Assembly: GCA_965217115.1 (NCBI GenBank)
Contig: OZ244239.1
Span: forward strand, 582,392 to 646,391
Reading direction: 5' to 3'
Source: Bdellovibrionales bacterium
GTDB taxonomy: Bacteria; Bdellovibrionota; Bdellovibrionia; Bdellovibrionales; CAYMLA01
Length of the DNA: 64,000 nucleotides
Positions 48,391 through 57,998 of the stretch are shown here, one piece after another. Made by a program: the position numbers and the translations under genes. Each line of letters starts with the position of its first letter. Position 1 is the first letter of the stretch. The notes under the pieces were generated by a model. The model worked only from the letters and a program-made list of their open reading frames with translations, was not told the origin of the DNA and ran no database searches.

Positions 48391-49638
48391 GTGAGCCGTA
48401 TTCTACAAACCATTCTAGGCGGCACTTTTTTTCTTTATCTGTTTTCTCTCCCCCTATCTATAACGGGTCTAGAGATGTTTTCATGGCTCTCAGTCATTCT
48501 CTTCTGTTTTGCTCTTCTATTTAAAAACCCTTATTTTCTCGCCTCTTCAAAACAATTCAACTTTAAAAGGATATACTGGGCCCTTCCATTTATTGGAGTT
48601 ATTCTGCTTGAGATATTCTTAGCCCCAAATATCCCAAAGAAACACCAATTCTATATCATCGGAGAACTCAGATGGGGTGTTCTTCTCTTTTTTCTTCCTG
48701 TGCTTTTATTTCATTTTTGGAGTAAAGGAGAGAAAGTATTTTCAATTTTCTGTGCGATTCTCACATTGAGCGCTTCTTACGCTATTATACAGTCTTTCAC
48801 AGGCCTTGATCTACTCAGTGACTCCGACTATTTTCCCCTCAAGTCAGGAGGCCTATGGCGTGCGAAAGGTTTACTCGAAATCATGACCTATTCCCATTCC
48901 ATCTCCATGCTATTTCTCTTTGTCTACTCTACCATTCTTCTGAATTGGGGGAATAAAAAGTGGCTTATTCCATGTGTGATTCTCATAGGAGTAAGCCTCG
49001 TTCTCACTTTCACCCGTGGCATGTGGTTATCACTCTCTATTGCTACAATTACAATCACCTTCATAGTTCATCGCCAGAAGGCCCTACATCTCATTGGAAT
49101 TGGTGTAGGATTAATCTCTGTTTTAGTGTTAACAGTTGATGAAATACAGCATCGTCTTTTACTCACATTTAATTTCTCTGATTCATCCACCTCCGCACGA
49201 TTTCAGTTATGGAAAGCCAATTGGAATATATTTCTCGATCACCCCTTCTTTGGAGTTGGGTTTCAACGGAATAAAGCCCATCTTCCCCAGTATTACAAAT
49301 CTCTGGGAATAGAAGACGGCATGATCAGCCACGCTCATAACAATTATTTCAGTGTTTTAGCTGGCACGGGACTTTTTGGCTTTATTGCTTATTTAGTATT
49401 TGCATTTGGCTTTTTTAAAATAGCCTCCTCTCTTTGGAGAAACCACCGTTGCCTGCCTCTCTTTGATCAGGTCATTGTTCTCGGAAGCCTCGGAGCATTG
49501 ATTAATTTTCATATCGGTGGACTCACAGAGTGTAACTATTTAGATATAGAGGTGTTCCACACCTACATTATCGTTCTCAGCCTACTCATTGCCGTTCTCA
49601 ATAGATACGAAAAACAAAGTAATTACAGTACTTTATAG
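48391..49638 (+). CDS. O-antigen ligase family (Wzy_C domain) membrane protein
   Basis: About 10-12 TM segments, the conserved TFTRGMW segment and the periplasmic-loop motif ...HAHNNYF. Confidence 0.75.
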   Translation: MSRILQTILGGTFFLYLFSLPLSITGLEMFSWLSVILFCFALLFKNPYFLASSKQFNFKRIYWALPFIGVILLEIFLAPNIPKKHQFYIIGELRWGVLLFFLPVLLFHFWSKGEKVFSIFCAILTLSASYAIIQSFTGLDLLSDSDYFPLKSGGLWRAKGLLEIMTYSHSISMLFLFVYSTILLNWGNKKWLIPCVILIGVSLVLTFTRGMWLSLSIATITITFIVHRQKALHLIGIGVGLISVLVLTVDEIQHRLLLTFNFSDSSTSARFQLWKANWNIFLDHPFFGVGFQRNKAHLPQYYKSLGIEDGMISHAHNNYFSVLAGTGLFGFIAYLVFAFGFFKIASSLWRNHRCLPLFDQVIVLGSLGALINFHIGGLTECNYLDIEVFHTYIIVLSLLIAVLNRYEKQSNYSTL

Positions 49639-49658
49639 AGCTTGTCATCATACCTATC

Positions 49659-51560
49659 TTGTCATACATTGGGCACATGCTTCATCGAGTCGATTCCCTT
49701 TTTCCGTCACCCTATGCACGTCGAGCTATTATCATCGCTTATGATGCTCTCTGTATTCTATTGGCTTATTATTTAGCCTATGCTCTCCGTTTTGAATCCT
49801 TCTCTATCACTGAATTTGATTCGCCTTTTTTTGTACAGAACTGCTTGTTCAACTTTTTTTTACAACTCTCTACTGTCGCTATCATGGGCATTCATAGAGG
49901 TCTATGGAGATTTTCTAGCACCTCTGATCTCACTCTCATTATCAAAGCTGTCATTACAGCTATAACTATTTCCTTTGTAGGAACTTTTCTTCTAAATCGC
50001 CTGGAGGGCACTCCTCGGTCAGTCTACCTTATCGACAGCTTACTGCTTATTATTTCTTTAAGTGGGGGCCGCTTTGCCTACAGAATATTTAAACAAAAAT
50101 CTAATACAAAACACTCGAAAAATGCCATTCTTGTCGGCGCTGGTTTTGCTGGAGAACAACTCATCCGAGAATTTAAAAGAAACTCTCATAATATGGAGTA
50201 CAACATCTCCTGCATATTAGATGATGATCCTAAAAAAATAAACAGCACCGTTCACGGAATTAAAATCAGAGGAATCATTGATGAACTCCCTAAATTTTGT
50301 GAAAAATACCAGGCCCAACTCATCTTTATTGCAATTCCCTCTGCTTCTAATAACACCATCCGCCACATTTATTCTTTAGCTAAAAAAACTGCCATAAAGG
50401 TCCACACTCTCCCACCCATCACTGATCTCTTGAGTGGAAAAATCTCCTTTAAACAAATGCGTGAAGTACAGGTTGAAGATCTTGTCGGTCGTAATACTGT
50501 CGATCTCCATATCAATAATATGGCTCACACTCACAGAGATAAAATCATTTTAATCACTGGTGCAGGAGGCTCTATTGGCTCCGAGCTTTGCAGGCAAGTT
50601 CTCAAATACCACCCGCGAAAACTCATCATGGTAGATAATAGCGAGTTTAACATCTACAAAATAATCGAAGAATTCACTCCCTATGAGAACTCAACTAAAT
50701 TGGAGTTCTTCACTGACAGTGTTTATGACCAGGAACTCATGGATACTATCTTCGATCAACACTCCCCTAATATAGTATATCATGCTGCCGCCTATAAGCA
50801 CGTTCCTATCATGGAGCAAAACCCCCTCTCAGCAATTAAAACAAATATTTTAGGAACATACATTATTTCTCGTTTGGCTGTAAGACATCATGTGGATAAA
50901 TTCATTTTAATTTCTACAGATAAGGCCGTCAATCCAACTAACATTATGGGCACAACAAAAAGAATCGCTGAGATGATCTGTGAGAAACAAAATATGGAGA
51001 AAAAAACGACTTTCTCCATGGTTCGTTTTGGCAATGTGCTAGGAAGCTCAGGCTCTGTCATCCCCAAATTTAAAAAACAAATTGCTCAAGGTGGTCCTGT
51101 TACTGTCACCCATCCTGAAGTCACCCGTTTTTTTATGACTATTCCAGAGGCCTCACAATTAGTTATTCAAGCAGGATGTCTTGCTAAGGGTGGTGAAATC
51201 TTTGTGCTCGATATGGGCACTCCCATCAAAATTGCTGATCTGGCCAAAGAGCTCATCAATCTAGCTGGTTACGAAGTCGACACTGAGATAGAGATAAAAT
51301 ACACAGGCCTTAAACCTGGAGAAAAACTCTACGAAGAGGTTTTATCTGACAGCGAGTCCACTCGCCCCACAACTCATACCATGGTTCGTGTCGCCCAGAC
51401 ACGTCCTCTACCTGAGCAATTTGATAAACTATTTAAGGAAATTATTAATCTCCCACCAAAAATATCCAAAAATGAGACTCGACGTCTTCTCAAAGAACTT
51501 GTTACTGAGTACTCTCCACAGTATGACAGTCAAATTCTCGATCTATCAGGAGAAAACTAG
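49659..51560 (+). CDS. Membrane-anchored NDP-sugar 4,6-dehydratase (CapD/PglF/WbpM family)
   Basis: 4 N-terminal TM segments, ITGAGGSIGSEL, AAAYKHVP and the STDKAV catalytic region. Confidence 0.88.
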   Translation: MSYIGHMLHRVDSLFPSPYARRAIIIAYDALCILLAYYLAYALRFESFSITEFDSPFFVQNCLFNFFLQLSTVAIMGIHRGLWRFSSTSDLTLIIKAVITAITISFVGTFLLNRLEGTPRSVYLIDSLLLIISLSGGRFAYRIFKQKSNTKHSKNAILVGAGFAGEQLIREFKRNSHNMEYNISCILDDDPKKINSTVHGIKIRGIIDELPKFCEKYQAQLIFIAIPSASNNTIRHIYSLAKKTAIKVHTLPPITDLLSGKISFKQMREVQVEDLVGRNTVDLHINNMAHTHRDKIILITGAGGSIGSELCRQVLKYHPRKLIMVDNSEFNIYKIIEEFTPYENSTKLEFFTDSVYDQELMDTIFDQHSPNIVYHAAAYKHVPIMEQNPLSAIKTNILGTYIISRLAVRHHVDKFILISTDKAVNPTNIMGTTKRIAEMICEKQNMEKKTTFSMVRFGNVLGSSGSVIPKFKKQIAQGGPVTVTHPEVTRFFMTIPEASQLVIQAGCLAKGGEIFVLDMGTPIKIADLAKELINLAGYEVDTEIEIKYTGLKPGEKLYEEVLSDSESTRPTTHTMVRVAQTRPLPEQFDKLFKEIINLPPKISKNETRRLLKELVTEYSPQYDSQILDLSGEN

Positions 51561-51588
51561 TAATGACTTACATCATATTGGTTACATC

Positions 51589-52149
51589 GTGAAAAGATTT
51601 ATTGATTTGTTATTGCTCATCCTAACTATTCCATTAACAGGAACATTAATCATTTTTCTAATTCCAATCATGAGGGTATCTTCAAGGGGGCCCATATTAT
51701 TCTGGTCAGACAGGGTTGGTCTTAATAATAAAATCTTTAGAATGCCTAAACTACGTACTATGAAGGTGAATGCGCCAGTCATCGCGACACATCTTATAAA
51801 GAATCCTGACGAGCTTCTAACTCCTATTGGTGCCTTCCTGAGGTCATCTAGTTTAGATGAATTACCTCAACTATGGTGTGTCCTTATAGGTGAGATGAGT
51901 TTTGTTGGCCCAAGACCTGCCCTTTTTAATCAATATGATTTAGTTAATCTAAGAACACAACATGGCATTGACAAGGTCTTGCCTGGCTTAACTGGTTGGG
52001 CACAAATTAATGGCCGGGATGAAATCTCGATACCTCAAAAAGTCAAACTTGACCTTTATTACAAGCAGAAGCAGTCAGTATTTTTTGATATGAAGATCAT
52101 TTTAAAAACGTTTCTCAATATTATTATAGCTCAAGATGTCTCACATTAA
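51589..52149 (+). CDS. Small polyprenyl-phosphate sugar-1-phosphate transferase (PglC/WecA-unrelated 'bacterial sugar transferase' family)
   Basis: KRFIDLLL...ILFWSDRVGLNNKIFRMPKLRTM...DELPQL...GEMSFVGPRP. I place the start at in-frame GTG 51589, because the ORF-track start (51388) overlaps the upstream gene by 173 nt. Confidence 0.8.
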   Translation: MKRFIDLLLLILTIPLTGTLIIFLIPIMRVSSRGPILFWSDRVGLNNKIFRMPKLRTMKVNAPVIATHLIKNPDELLTPIGAFLRSSSLDELPQLWCVLIGEMSFVGPRPALFNQYDLVNLRTQHGIDKVLPGLTGWAQINGRDEISIPQKVKLDLYYKQKQSVFFDMKIILKTFLNIIIAQDVSH

Positions 52150-52230
52150 AATGACCATACTCTCAGAACGATGTTTAAAAAATATAGTTTTTAGGAATTT
52201 GAAGATAACTTTATTCAATCTAAACACGGC

Positions 52231-53712
52231 CTAGTTATCAATTCTTCTGCCATTCTCGGTATTAATAAATCTGTGGTTTAAATTTGATTCAAAAGGTAGG
52301 TCTTTTATAAATTTAGCTTTATCAAAAGAATCTAAAACATCTAAAGTCGTTTTTACAAACAAATCTATGGGAGATTCTTCGTTATTTACTGTTAAAGATT
52401 CAATTTTAAGTTTCTTCCTATCCTCTTTTAATGAATCGCTTACTTGAATTTCATCTAATAAAGAAAATAAATCTCCCTTATACAAATCAAAATAATATGC
52501 TGCACGAGAAAGGCTATTGTTATTCAAGAATTGATTTCTATCACTAAAAGTATCAATTAGTATATAGGGTTTTAGAGAGTACAGCCAGTCTCCCACAGTG
52601 CTCGAAATATCAGACAAAAGACAGTCTGAAGAATTGATACAATCAGTAATATTTTCATAAGTTGAATCAAATTTGGAATGATTTACGACACAATGACCAT
52701 TAGAAGTTTTTAACCCTTCTCGTTTATTGATTTTCAATAATATAGAAGCTATTTTATTTATTATTCGTACCTGAGAAAAATCTTTATAGGAATACGGATG
52801 AGGTCTAAAAATAATTCGGTAACTTTTTTTCAATAATATTCGAACAATTTTTTCTGCTTCATGGATAGATGTAAAATTACTTCCATTATCATAACCTGAC
52901 CAAGTTGTTGTATAAAAAACCGTTCCTTTGAAGTTTTTGGAAGATAATACCGGAAATTTTTCAATAAGTACATCAGAACACTGGGGGCGACTGACAAATT
53001 TAAATTTGTACTCTGGAATGTTAACTCCATTATATCTATAACGATCTTTAGCGGTTTTTCCACTAACAAATATGAAGTCATACATCTGAGAAACTGGATT
53101 ATAACTTGGTGGCTTGTCACTCTCACCATGTAATAATTGAACATGAGTCAATTCACTGAATTTGACCATATGGGTATTGCACTCTGCATTGTTTACATAG
53201 AACACAGACCTGAAACTATACTTCTTAATAGATTTTTCGATTTCTCGAATAGATCGACAAAGCAATACTGGTTCTTTTATCTGTTTAAAAAAGGAATAAT
53301 AATAATATTTTCTCCGTAAAATAATCGCATAACTTTTATTCAGAAGCTTCAAATAAGGTAGCCACATCAGAACTTGTTGCTTACTATTTTCTGGGGCATC
53401 AAAATAAATCACAAAATCCAATTTTTGCACCCGCACGCTTTTTTTTCCACTGTCTATTAGATAAAATTGCCATTTTTTTGTGAGCTTTTTTAACGGTAGC
53501 AAAAGAACTGACATATTATTTTTTATAAAGAAATAATAATATTTTAGAAAAACACGTAACCTTACTTCAAAAACGTCTAATAATACATATAACAGAAATG
53601 AAAAGTAAATAAAATTAACTTCAATAGAGATAAAACTAAAGATAACAACAGCTAAAGATGCTATCAAAATAGCTAATACAAATTTAACAACCCAAAAGTT
53701 TTTAGTATCCAT
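52231..53712 (-). CDS. CDP-polyol (glycerol/ribitol) phosphotransferase, TagB/TagF family
   Basis: The C-terminal catalytic region ...FRPHP... and CLLSDISSTVGDWLYSLKPYILID resembles the Glyphos_transf signature (LITDYSS..FD....KP.I). N-terminal TM segments. Confidence 0.7.
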   Translation of the reverse strand: MDTKNFWVVKFVLAILIASLAVVIFSFISIEVNFIYFSFLLYVLLDVFEVRLRVFLKYYYFFIKNNMSVLLLPLKKLTKKWQFYLIDSGKKSVRVQKLDFVIYFDAPENSKQQVLMWLPYLKLLNKSYAIILRRKYYYYSFFKQIKEPVLLCRSIREIEKSIKKYSFRSVFYVNNAECNTHMVKFSELTHVQLLHGESDKPPSYNPVSQMYDFIFVSGKTAKDRYRYNGVNIPEYKFKFVSRPQCSDVLIEKFPVLSSKNFKGTVFYTTTWSGYDNGSNFTSIHEAEKIVRILLKKSYRIIFRPHPYSYKDFSQVRIINKIASILLKINKREGLKTSNGHCVVNHSKFDSTYENITDCINSSDCLLSDISSTVGDWLYSLKPYILIDTFSDRNQFLNNNSLSRAAYYFDLYKGDLFSLLDEIQVSDSLKEDRKKLKIESLTVNNEESPIDLFVKTTLDVLDSFDKAKFIKDLPFESNLNHRFINTENGRRIDN

Positions 53713-53715
53713 TAA

Positions 53716-54435
53716 TTAAAGCCTTACTACGAGGTTTTCGCTATCAACAAATCGTCCCGTATCACTCAGTAGTAATTTAACTACGTCAGCAACATGCTCT
53801 GGCTGCATAATAGTTGAAAAATCTTCATCTGGAGCTAAAGTTCTTCTTAAATTTGTCGCACATCGACCTGGAGAAATAGATGTTACACGGATGCCCAAAG
53901 GAAGAAGCTCCTCTCTTAAAGATTCACTCATCGCAATAAGAGCTGCCTTAGAACTTGAATAAGTTAACCATCCCCCACGCCCCTTAATACCAGCTGTAGA
54001 AGCAATATTTATAATGTGAGAAAATTTATTTCCTGCTTGTAATAGCTTTTGCACCATCAAGAAAGGAGCAAAGAGATTGACATCAATACTCTGTTTTAAC
54101 TCTTCATAATTTGCTTCAAAAATAGTTTTCGGAGAAGTAAACCCTGCATTATTAATTAAAATGTTAATATCTCTCTTTTCTGCAATGAGCTGATCTAAAA
54201 AAAAATGAACTTCTTCATGGTTTCCCAAGTCACAGTGGACGGTCACCACTTCTTGTTGTGGCCTTGATTTGCGTTTGAGTTCAGAAACCAGGTTTTCAAA
54301 ATCTTCTGACTCTCTGGCTACTAATAGAATTTTTAAGGCTTCTTCTTTCAAAAACATCTGAGATAGAGCAGCACCTATGCCCCTAGATGCACCTGTAACC
54401 ATAATTGTCTTTCCAGCAATATTTCCAGACATCAA
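53716..54435 (-). CDS. Short-chain dehydrogenase/reductase (candidate ribulose-5-phosphate reductase)
   Basis: TGASRGIG, NNAG and YSSSKAA motifs. It overlaps the upstream cytidylyltransferase gene by 4 nt. Confidence 0.85.
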   Translation of the reverse strand: MMSGNIAGKTIMVTGASRGIGAALSQMFLKEEALKILLVARESEDFENLVSELKRKSRPQQEVVTVHCDLGNHEEVHFFLDQLIAEKRDINILINNAGFTSPKTIFEANYEELKQSIDVNLFAPFLMVQKLLQAGNKFSHIINIASTAGIKGRGGWLTYSSSKAALIAMSESLREELLPLGIRVTSISPGRCATNLRRTLAPDEDFSTIMQPEHVADVVKLLLSDTGRFVDSENLVVRL

Positions 54436-55121
54436 GAACTCTTCCCCGAATCTGTAAGTAAAAACTCAGCAATATGAATATCTAATGGAGTCGTCACCTT
54501 TATATTTTTCTCAGATCCTTTTATAATTTGAACTCTTCCTCCGTTAGCAAACACTAAGGAGGCATCTTCAGTGTAATTTGCCCCCTCTTTCAAGGCCCTA
54601 ACATGAGCTCTTCGAAGTTCGTCAGATGTGAATTTTTGCGGAAGCTGAACATTAATTAATCGATCTCTATCTAAAATTTCACTTATGCAGTTATTTTTTT
54701 TATCAGCCTCCAAAACAGTGAATGGAACTGGAAGTACATACGTTACATTCTGGACTGGATGTTCAATAAGATCAATGAACTCCTGTTCTGTCACCAAAGG
54801 ACGAGCTGCTTCGTGTAATATTACAGTCTCAGTTGTACAAACATCAAGCATTCGGCGGACAGAATCTTGACGAGTTTGACCAGCTGACACAAACTCAATA
54901 GGTTTTTGGATAGCGTATTTTGAAGTAAGATTTTGTAATTTATCTAACCAGCCGTCAGGGTAATTCACAACAATTTTGGTAATAGCATCGATATTACAGG
55001 CAATACGCAATGAATATATAAAAAGAGGTATGGACTTTACTCTGATAAATTGCTTTGGGGTTTCACCGCCAATCCTTCGGCCAAGTCCACCATTAAGTAA
55101 CAATAACGTTGCCATAAACAC
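54432..55121 (-). CDS. IspD/TarI-family cytidylyltransferase (candidate ribitol-5-phosphate cytidylyltransferase)
   Basis: LLNGGLGRRIGGETPKQF N-terminal nucleotide-binding motif; 229 aa; context with an SDR and a TagF-like enzyme. Confidence 0.75.
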   Translation of the reverse strand: MFMATLLLLNGGLGRRIGGETPKQFIRVKSIPLFIYSLRIACNIDAITKIVVNYPDGWLDKLQNLTSKYAIQKPIEFVSAGQTRQDSVRRMLDVCTTETVILHEAARPLVTEQEFIDLIEHPVQNVTYVLPVPFTVLEADKKNNCISEILDRDRLINVQLPQKFTSDELRRAHVRALKEGANYTEDASLVFANGGRVQIIKGSEKNIKVTTPLDIHIAEFLLTDSGKSS

Positions 55122-55141
55122 CTCGTAATTGCGTTATAACT

Positions 55142-56380
55142 CTAAGAGATAATAACTTTATTTAAACAAGTCAATCCATCTACCTGGTAAATTAACTTTT
55201 GCAATCGTAACTGATTATAAAGACTCTCATACGCTTGTATATCTGTTTGGTATAGCATAATCAAGCGTCTAATTAAGAAGCAAATAGTATGTAAATTTCT
55301 TACAAAAGTTAGGTTTGTTGTGTCTGAAGAACACGAAAATTTTTTCTTTTCAACTCTCCACTCACCATAATGCTCTGTCAAATATAAATCAGCCTCACTT
55401 GGCCCAAAAACTTCTTGTTTCCCAATACTATAACTTTTTAATTCAAAAGAAGTGTTCACCCAGTGCATAGAGCCCGAGCCGTGCCAACACTCGCCATTTC
55501 GGTTCTTATGGAAAAATACATCTAAATTTATGCCATTTTTATGAATAAGCTTAAGCAAGGAGGGTTCTTTATTTAAATACAACTTTCCTTTAGGACTCTT
55601 TTGAATTTCTGACTGCATATCAAACTTTGCAATGGAAAAAAGAGACGAATTATTTTGAATTTTCACTAGAAACTGGTCTAAATCTAATCCATCCAAATGC
55701 ACTCCGACATCAATATCGACATCGTGTTTTAAGAAAAAACCTTCTCGAACTGCTCCAAGGAAAGTTCCTCCTGTCACAAACCAATTCCAGTCCTCTTTAG
55801 GAACTACTTTTTGAAAATCACTTAAGGTCTCTGGGGCTTTATGTATAAATTCATTTCCTTCCTCAGCTTCACTTTCTAAACTTTTCCTTGAATTTTGAGA
55901 TTGAGGCTTGTTCAAGAGTTTCAATAAATGATTTATTTTTCTATTGTACTCTTTCTGGTATTTTTTAAATAACTCAATATCTTCATTCTCTAATGACCTA
56001 TGAGCAGATTCGGCTAAAATAGATGCTTGATAACCATAATAAAGAGCATTTGCACCGTTATCCTGAATATCAGGCTTTTTTAAAAAATGAGATTGCTTCT
56101 TCAATAATTTATCAGAAGAGAGATGGGTAAAGTCAAAGAATGGGTCAAAAGAAATATCATATTTCGTCCAGCCATTTCTAATATACCAGCCCGCTAAACG
56201 ACCTGCATCTTTGAACTCATCCTTTCTAAAGATATTAAAAACATGCTTGGCAAAACTTAGCTTCAAGGTTGCAAGAGCAACAATTATAAAAGATGATATA
56301 GAAAAAAAGAAGCATACAGGCAAGGCGTGTTTCTGATTTAAAAAACGGATAATTCTAAAAGATCTCGGTATCTTAAACAT
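55142..56380 (-). CDS. LicD-family phosphotransferase (nucleotidyltransferase fold)
   Basis: The TGGTFLGAVREGFFLKHDVDIDVG motif corresponds to the LicD GTLLGAVRH.GFIPWDDDIDI signature. N-terminal TM. Confidence 0.65.
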   Translation of the reverse strand: MFKIPRSFRIIRFLNQKHALPVCFFFSISSFIIVALATLKLSFAKHVFNIFRKDEFKDAGRLAGWYIRNGWTKYDISFDPFFDFTHLSSDKLLKKQSHFLKKPDIQDNGANALYYGYQASILAESAHRSLENEDIELFKKYQKEYNRKINHLLKLLNKPQSQNSRKSLESEAEEGNEFIHKAPETLSDFQKVVPKEDWNWFVTGGTFLGAVREGFFLKHDVDIDVGVHLDGLDLDQFLVKIQNNSSLFSIAKFDMQSEIQKSPKGKLYLNKEPSLLKLIHKNGINLDVFFHKNRNGECWHGSGSMHWVNTSFELKSYSIGKQEVFGPSEADLYLTEHYGEWRVEKKKFSCSSDTTNLTFVRNLHTICFLIRRLIMLYQTDIQAYESLYNQLRLQKLIYQVDGLTCLNKVIIS

Positions 56381-56442
56381 ATACAGGCATTATACAAGAC
56401 AGGGGACAAATAGCAATCATCTTATTTTGAAAACATCAATAA

Positions 56443-57129
56443 TTACAGCTTATTGTAGGCCTCCACCGCATCATCTATTCCTCCATAAAAACAAGATATC
56501 CCGTTATTAATTACCAGCCCTTTTTCACATAGCTCTTTCAGAGTGTCTTGATTATGAGAGACAATCACTGCAGTAGATTTATTAATTTTACTTTTTATGG
56601 TTTTAAAAGATTTCTCTTTAAAAGCCCTATCACCTACACCTAAAACTTCATCTATTAAGATAATATCTGGCTCTATCGCATTGGAAATAGCAAACCCTAA
56701 GCGAGCCCTCATGCCAGAAGAATACGTGCCCACTGGATAATCGATAAAATCTTCTAATTCAGAATACTCAATTACCTCGTCCATTTTTTTGAGAGCTTCT
56801 ACCTTAGACAAGCCAAGTAACATTCCAACAAGAATAACATTTTTACGCCCCGATAGATGATTCAAAAATCCTGCTTGTAGGGAAAGAAGAAATGAAGGAC
56901 CAAAATTATTAGTCATAGTGCCTTTATCATTTTCAATAATACCAGCGATCAAAGACAACACTGTACTTTTGCCTGCTCCATTCTTACCCAAAATACCTAA
57001 AGTTTGATGCCTATTTAATATAAAATTCACATCTTTGAGTGCCCAGAATTCACTAACTCCGTAATTAATTCCTTTTTTTTTACGATGCTGAAATTTAACA
57101 CCAACATTCTTAAATTCTAACCGAGACAT
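56443..57129 (-). CDS. Polysaccharide/teichoic-acid-type ABC exporter ATP-binding protein (Wzt/TagH/KpsT-like)
   Basis: Walker A GKNGAGKST, signature YSSGM and Walker B IILIDEV. Confidence 0.88.
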   Translation of the reverse strand: MSRLEFKNVGVKFQHRKKKGINYGVSEFWALKDVNFILNRHQTLGILGKNGAGKSTVLSLIAGIIENDKGTMTNNFGPSFLLSLQAGFLNHLSGRKNVILVGMLLGLSKVEALKKMDEVIEYSELEDFIDYPVGTYSSGMRARLGFAISNAIEPDIILIDEVLGVGDRAFKEKSFKTIKSKINKSTAVIVSHNQDTLKELCEKGLVINNGISCFYGGIDDAVEAYNKL

Positions 57130-57138
57130 AAATAACCT

Positions 57139-57897
57139 CTAAATAACAATTTTTGCATATCTTTTTCCATTTTTCTTTAATATCCAATATCCCAAAATAT
57201 AAAGAAAAATGCCCAGGGCACTTAGTATACTTAAACTAAAAAATTCAGGAGAGCTCTTGTACATTAAAATATTCCTAAAACTCTGTATAGAACCAACAAT
57301 TGGGTTAAGTTTAATAAAAAACTGTAGGTCACTTGGCAAGTCATAGACATTGAATAAAACACCCGAAGGATAAAATAATAACCTGAGAAAATGTGGCAAA
57401 AACAACTTTAAATCAGGTATTAAAGGGAATATAGATGAAAGAAATAAACCAAACCCAGCTATAAATATAAACATGGATATTAAAGGTAGAAAAATTAAAG
57501 TATGGTAAATTGTAATTCCATAAGAGAAACTAAAACACACAAATACAAAAATGAAAATAGTCATGAACTTCACAAAAACAGCTAACGTCTCTGATAGTGG
57601 GAATACTATTTTATGTATATTTACTTTTTTTATAAGGCTCGCTTTTGATAGGATAGAATTGGCTGATTTTGTAACAGAGATATTAAGCCATCTCCATACG
57701 ATAACACCAATAATTAAAAATTGAATATAATCAGCCCCTCCTCTATTTAAAATGACTTTAAATAAAAGAAAATATATACAAATATTTAAAGCTGGCTCAA
57801 TCACCCACCATAAATAGCCTAAATATGATTTTTGAGATTCTTCCTCTAACTTAAAGCTCGTGTAAATTAAAAGAAGGTTTAGAAAATGCCCTCCCAA
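57139..57897 (-). CDS. ABC-2 type polysaccharide exporter permease (Wzm/TagG/KpsM-like)
   Basis: 6 TM segments; SYLGYLWWVIEP N-terminal motif; TTG start. Confidence 0.8.
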   Translation of the reverse strand: MGGHFLNLLLIYTSFKLEEESQKSYLGYLWWVIEPALNICIYFLLFKVILNRGGADYIQFLIIGVIVWRWLNISVTKSANSILSKASLIKKVNIHKIVFPLSETLAVFVKFMTIFIFVFVCFSFSYGITIYHTLIFLPLISMFIFIAGFGLFLSSIFPLIPDLKLFLPHFLRLLFYPSGVLFNVYDLPSDLQFFIKLNPIVGSIQSFRNILMYKSSPEFFSLSILSALGIFLYILGYWILKKNGKRYAKIVI

Positions 57898-57998
57898 TAC
57901 TCCTACCCTCTCTTCGTCTTTTAGTTCTAAATAATTTCTATAGTATGGCTTTATCGAGTTCTCTTCCGAGAGTCAAACTCCACTTTACTTACCTTCTT

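Noticed and set aside
51388-51588. Long N-terminal extension of the PglC-like transferase ORF, overlapping the dehydratase gene by 173 nt
   Set aside because: The overlapping part has no similarity to the family N-terminus. The conserved KRFxD start aligns with the in-frame GTG at 51589, just after the upstream stop.
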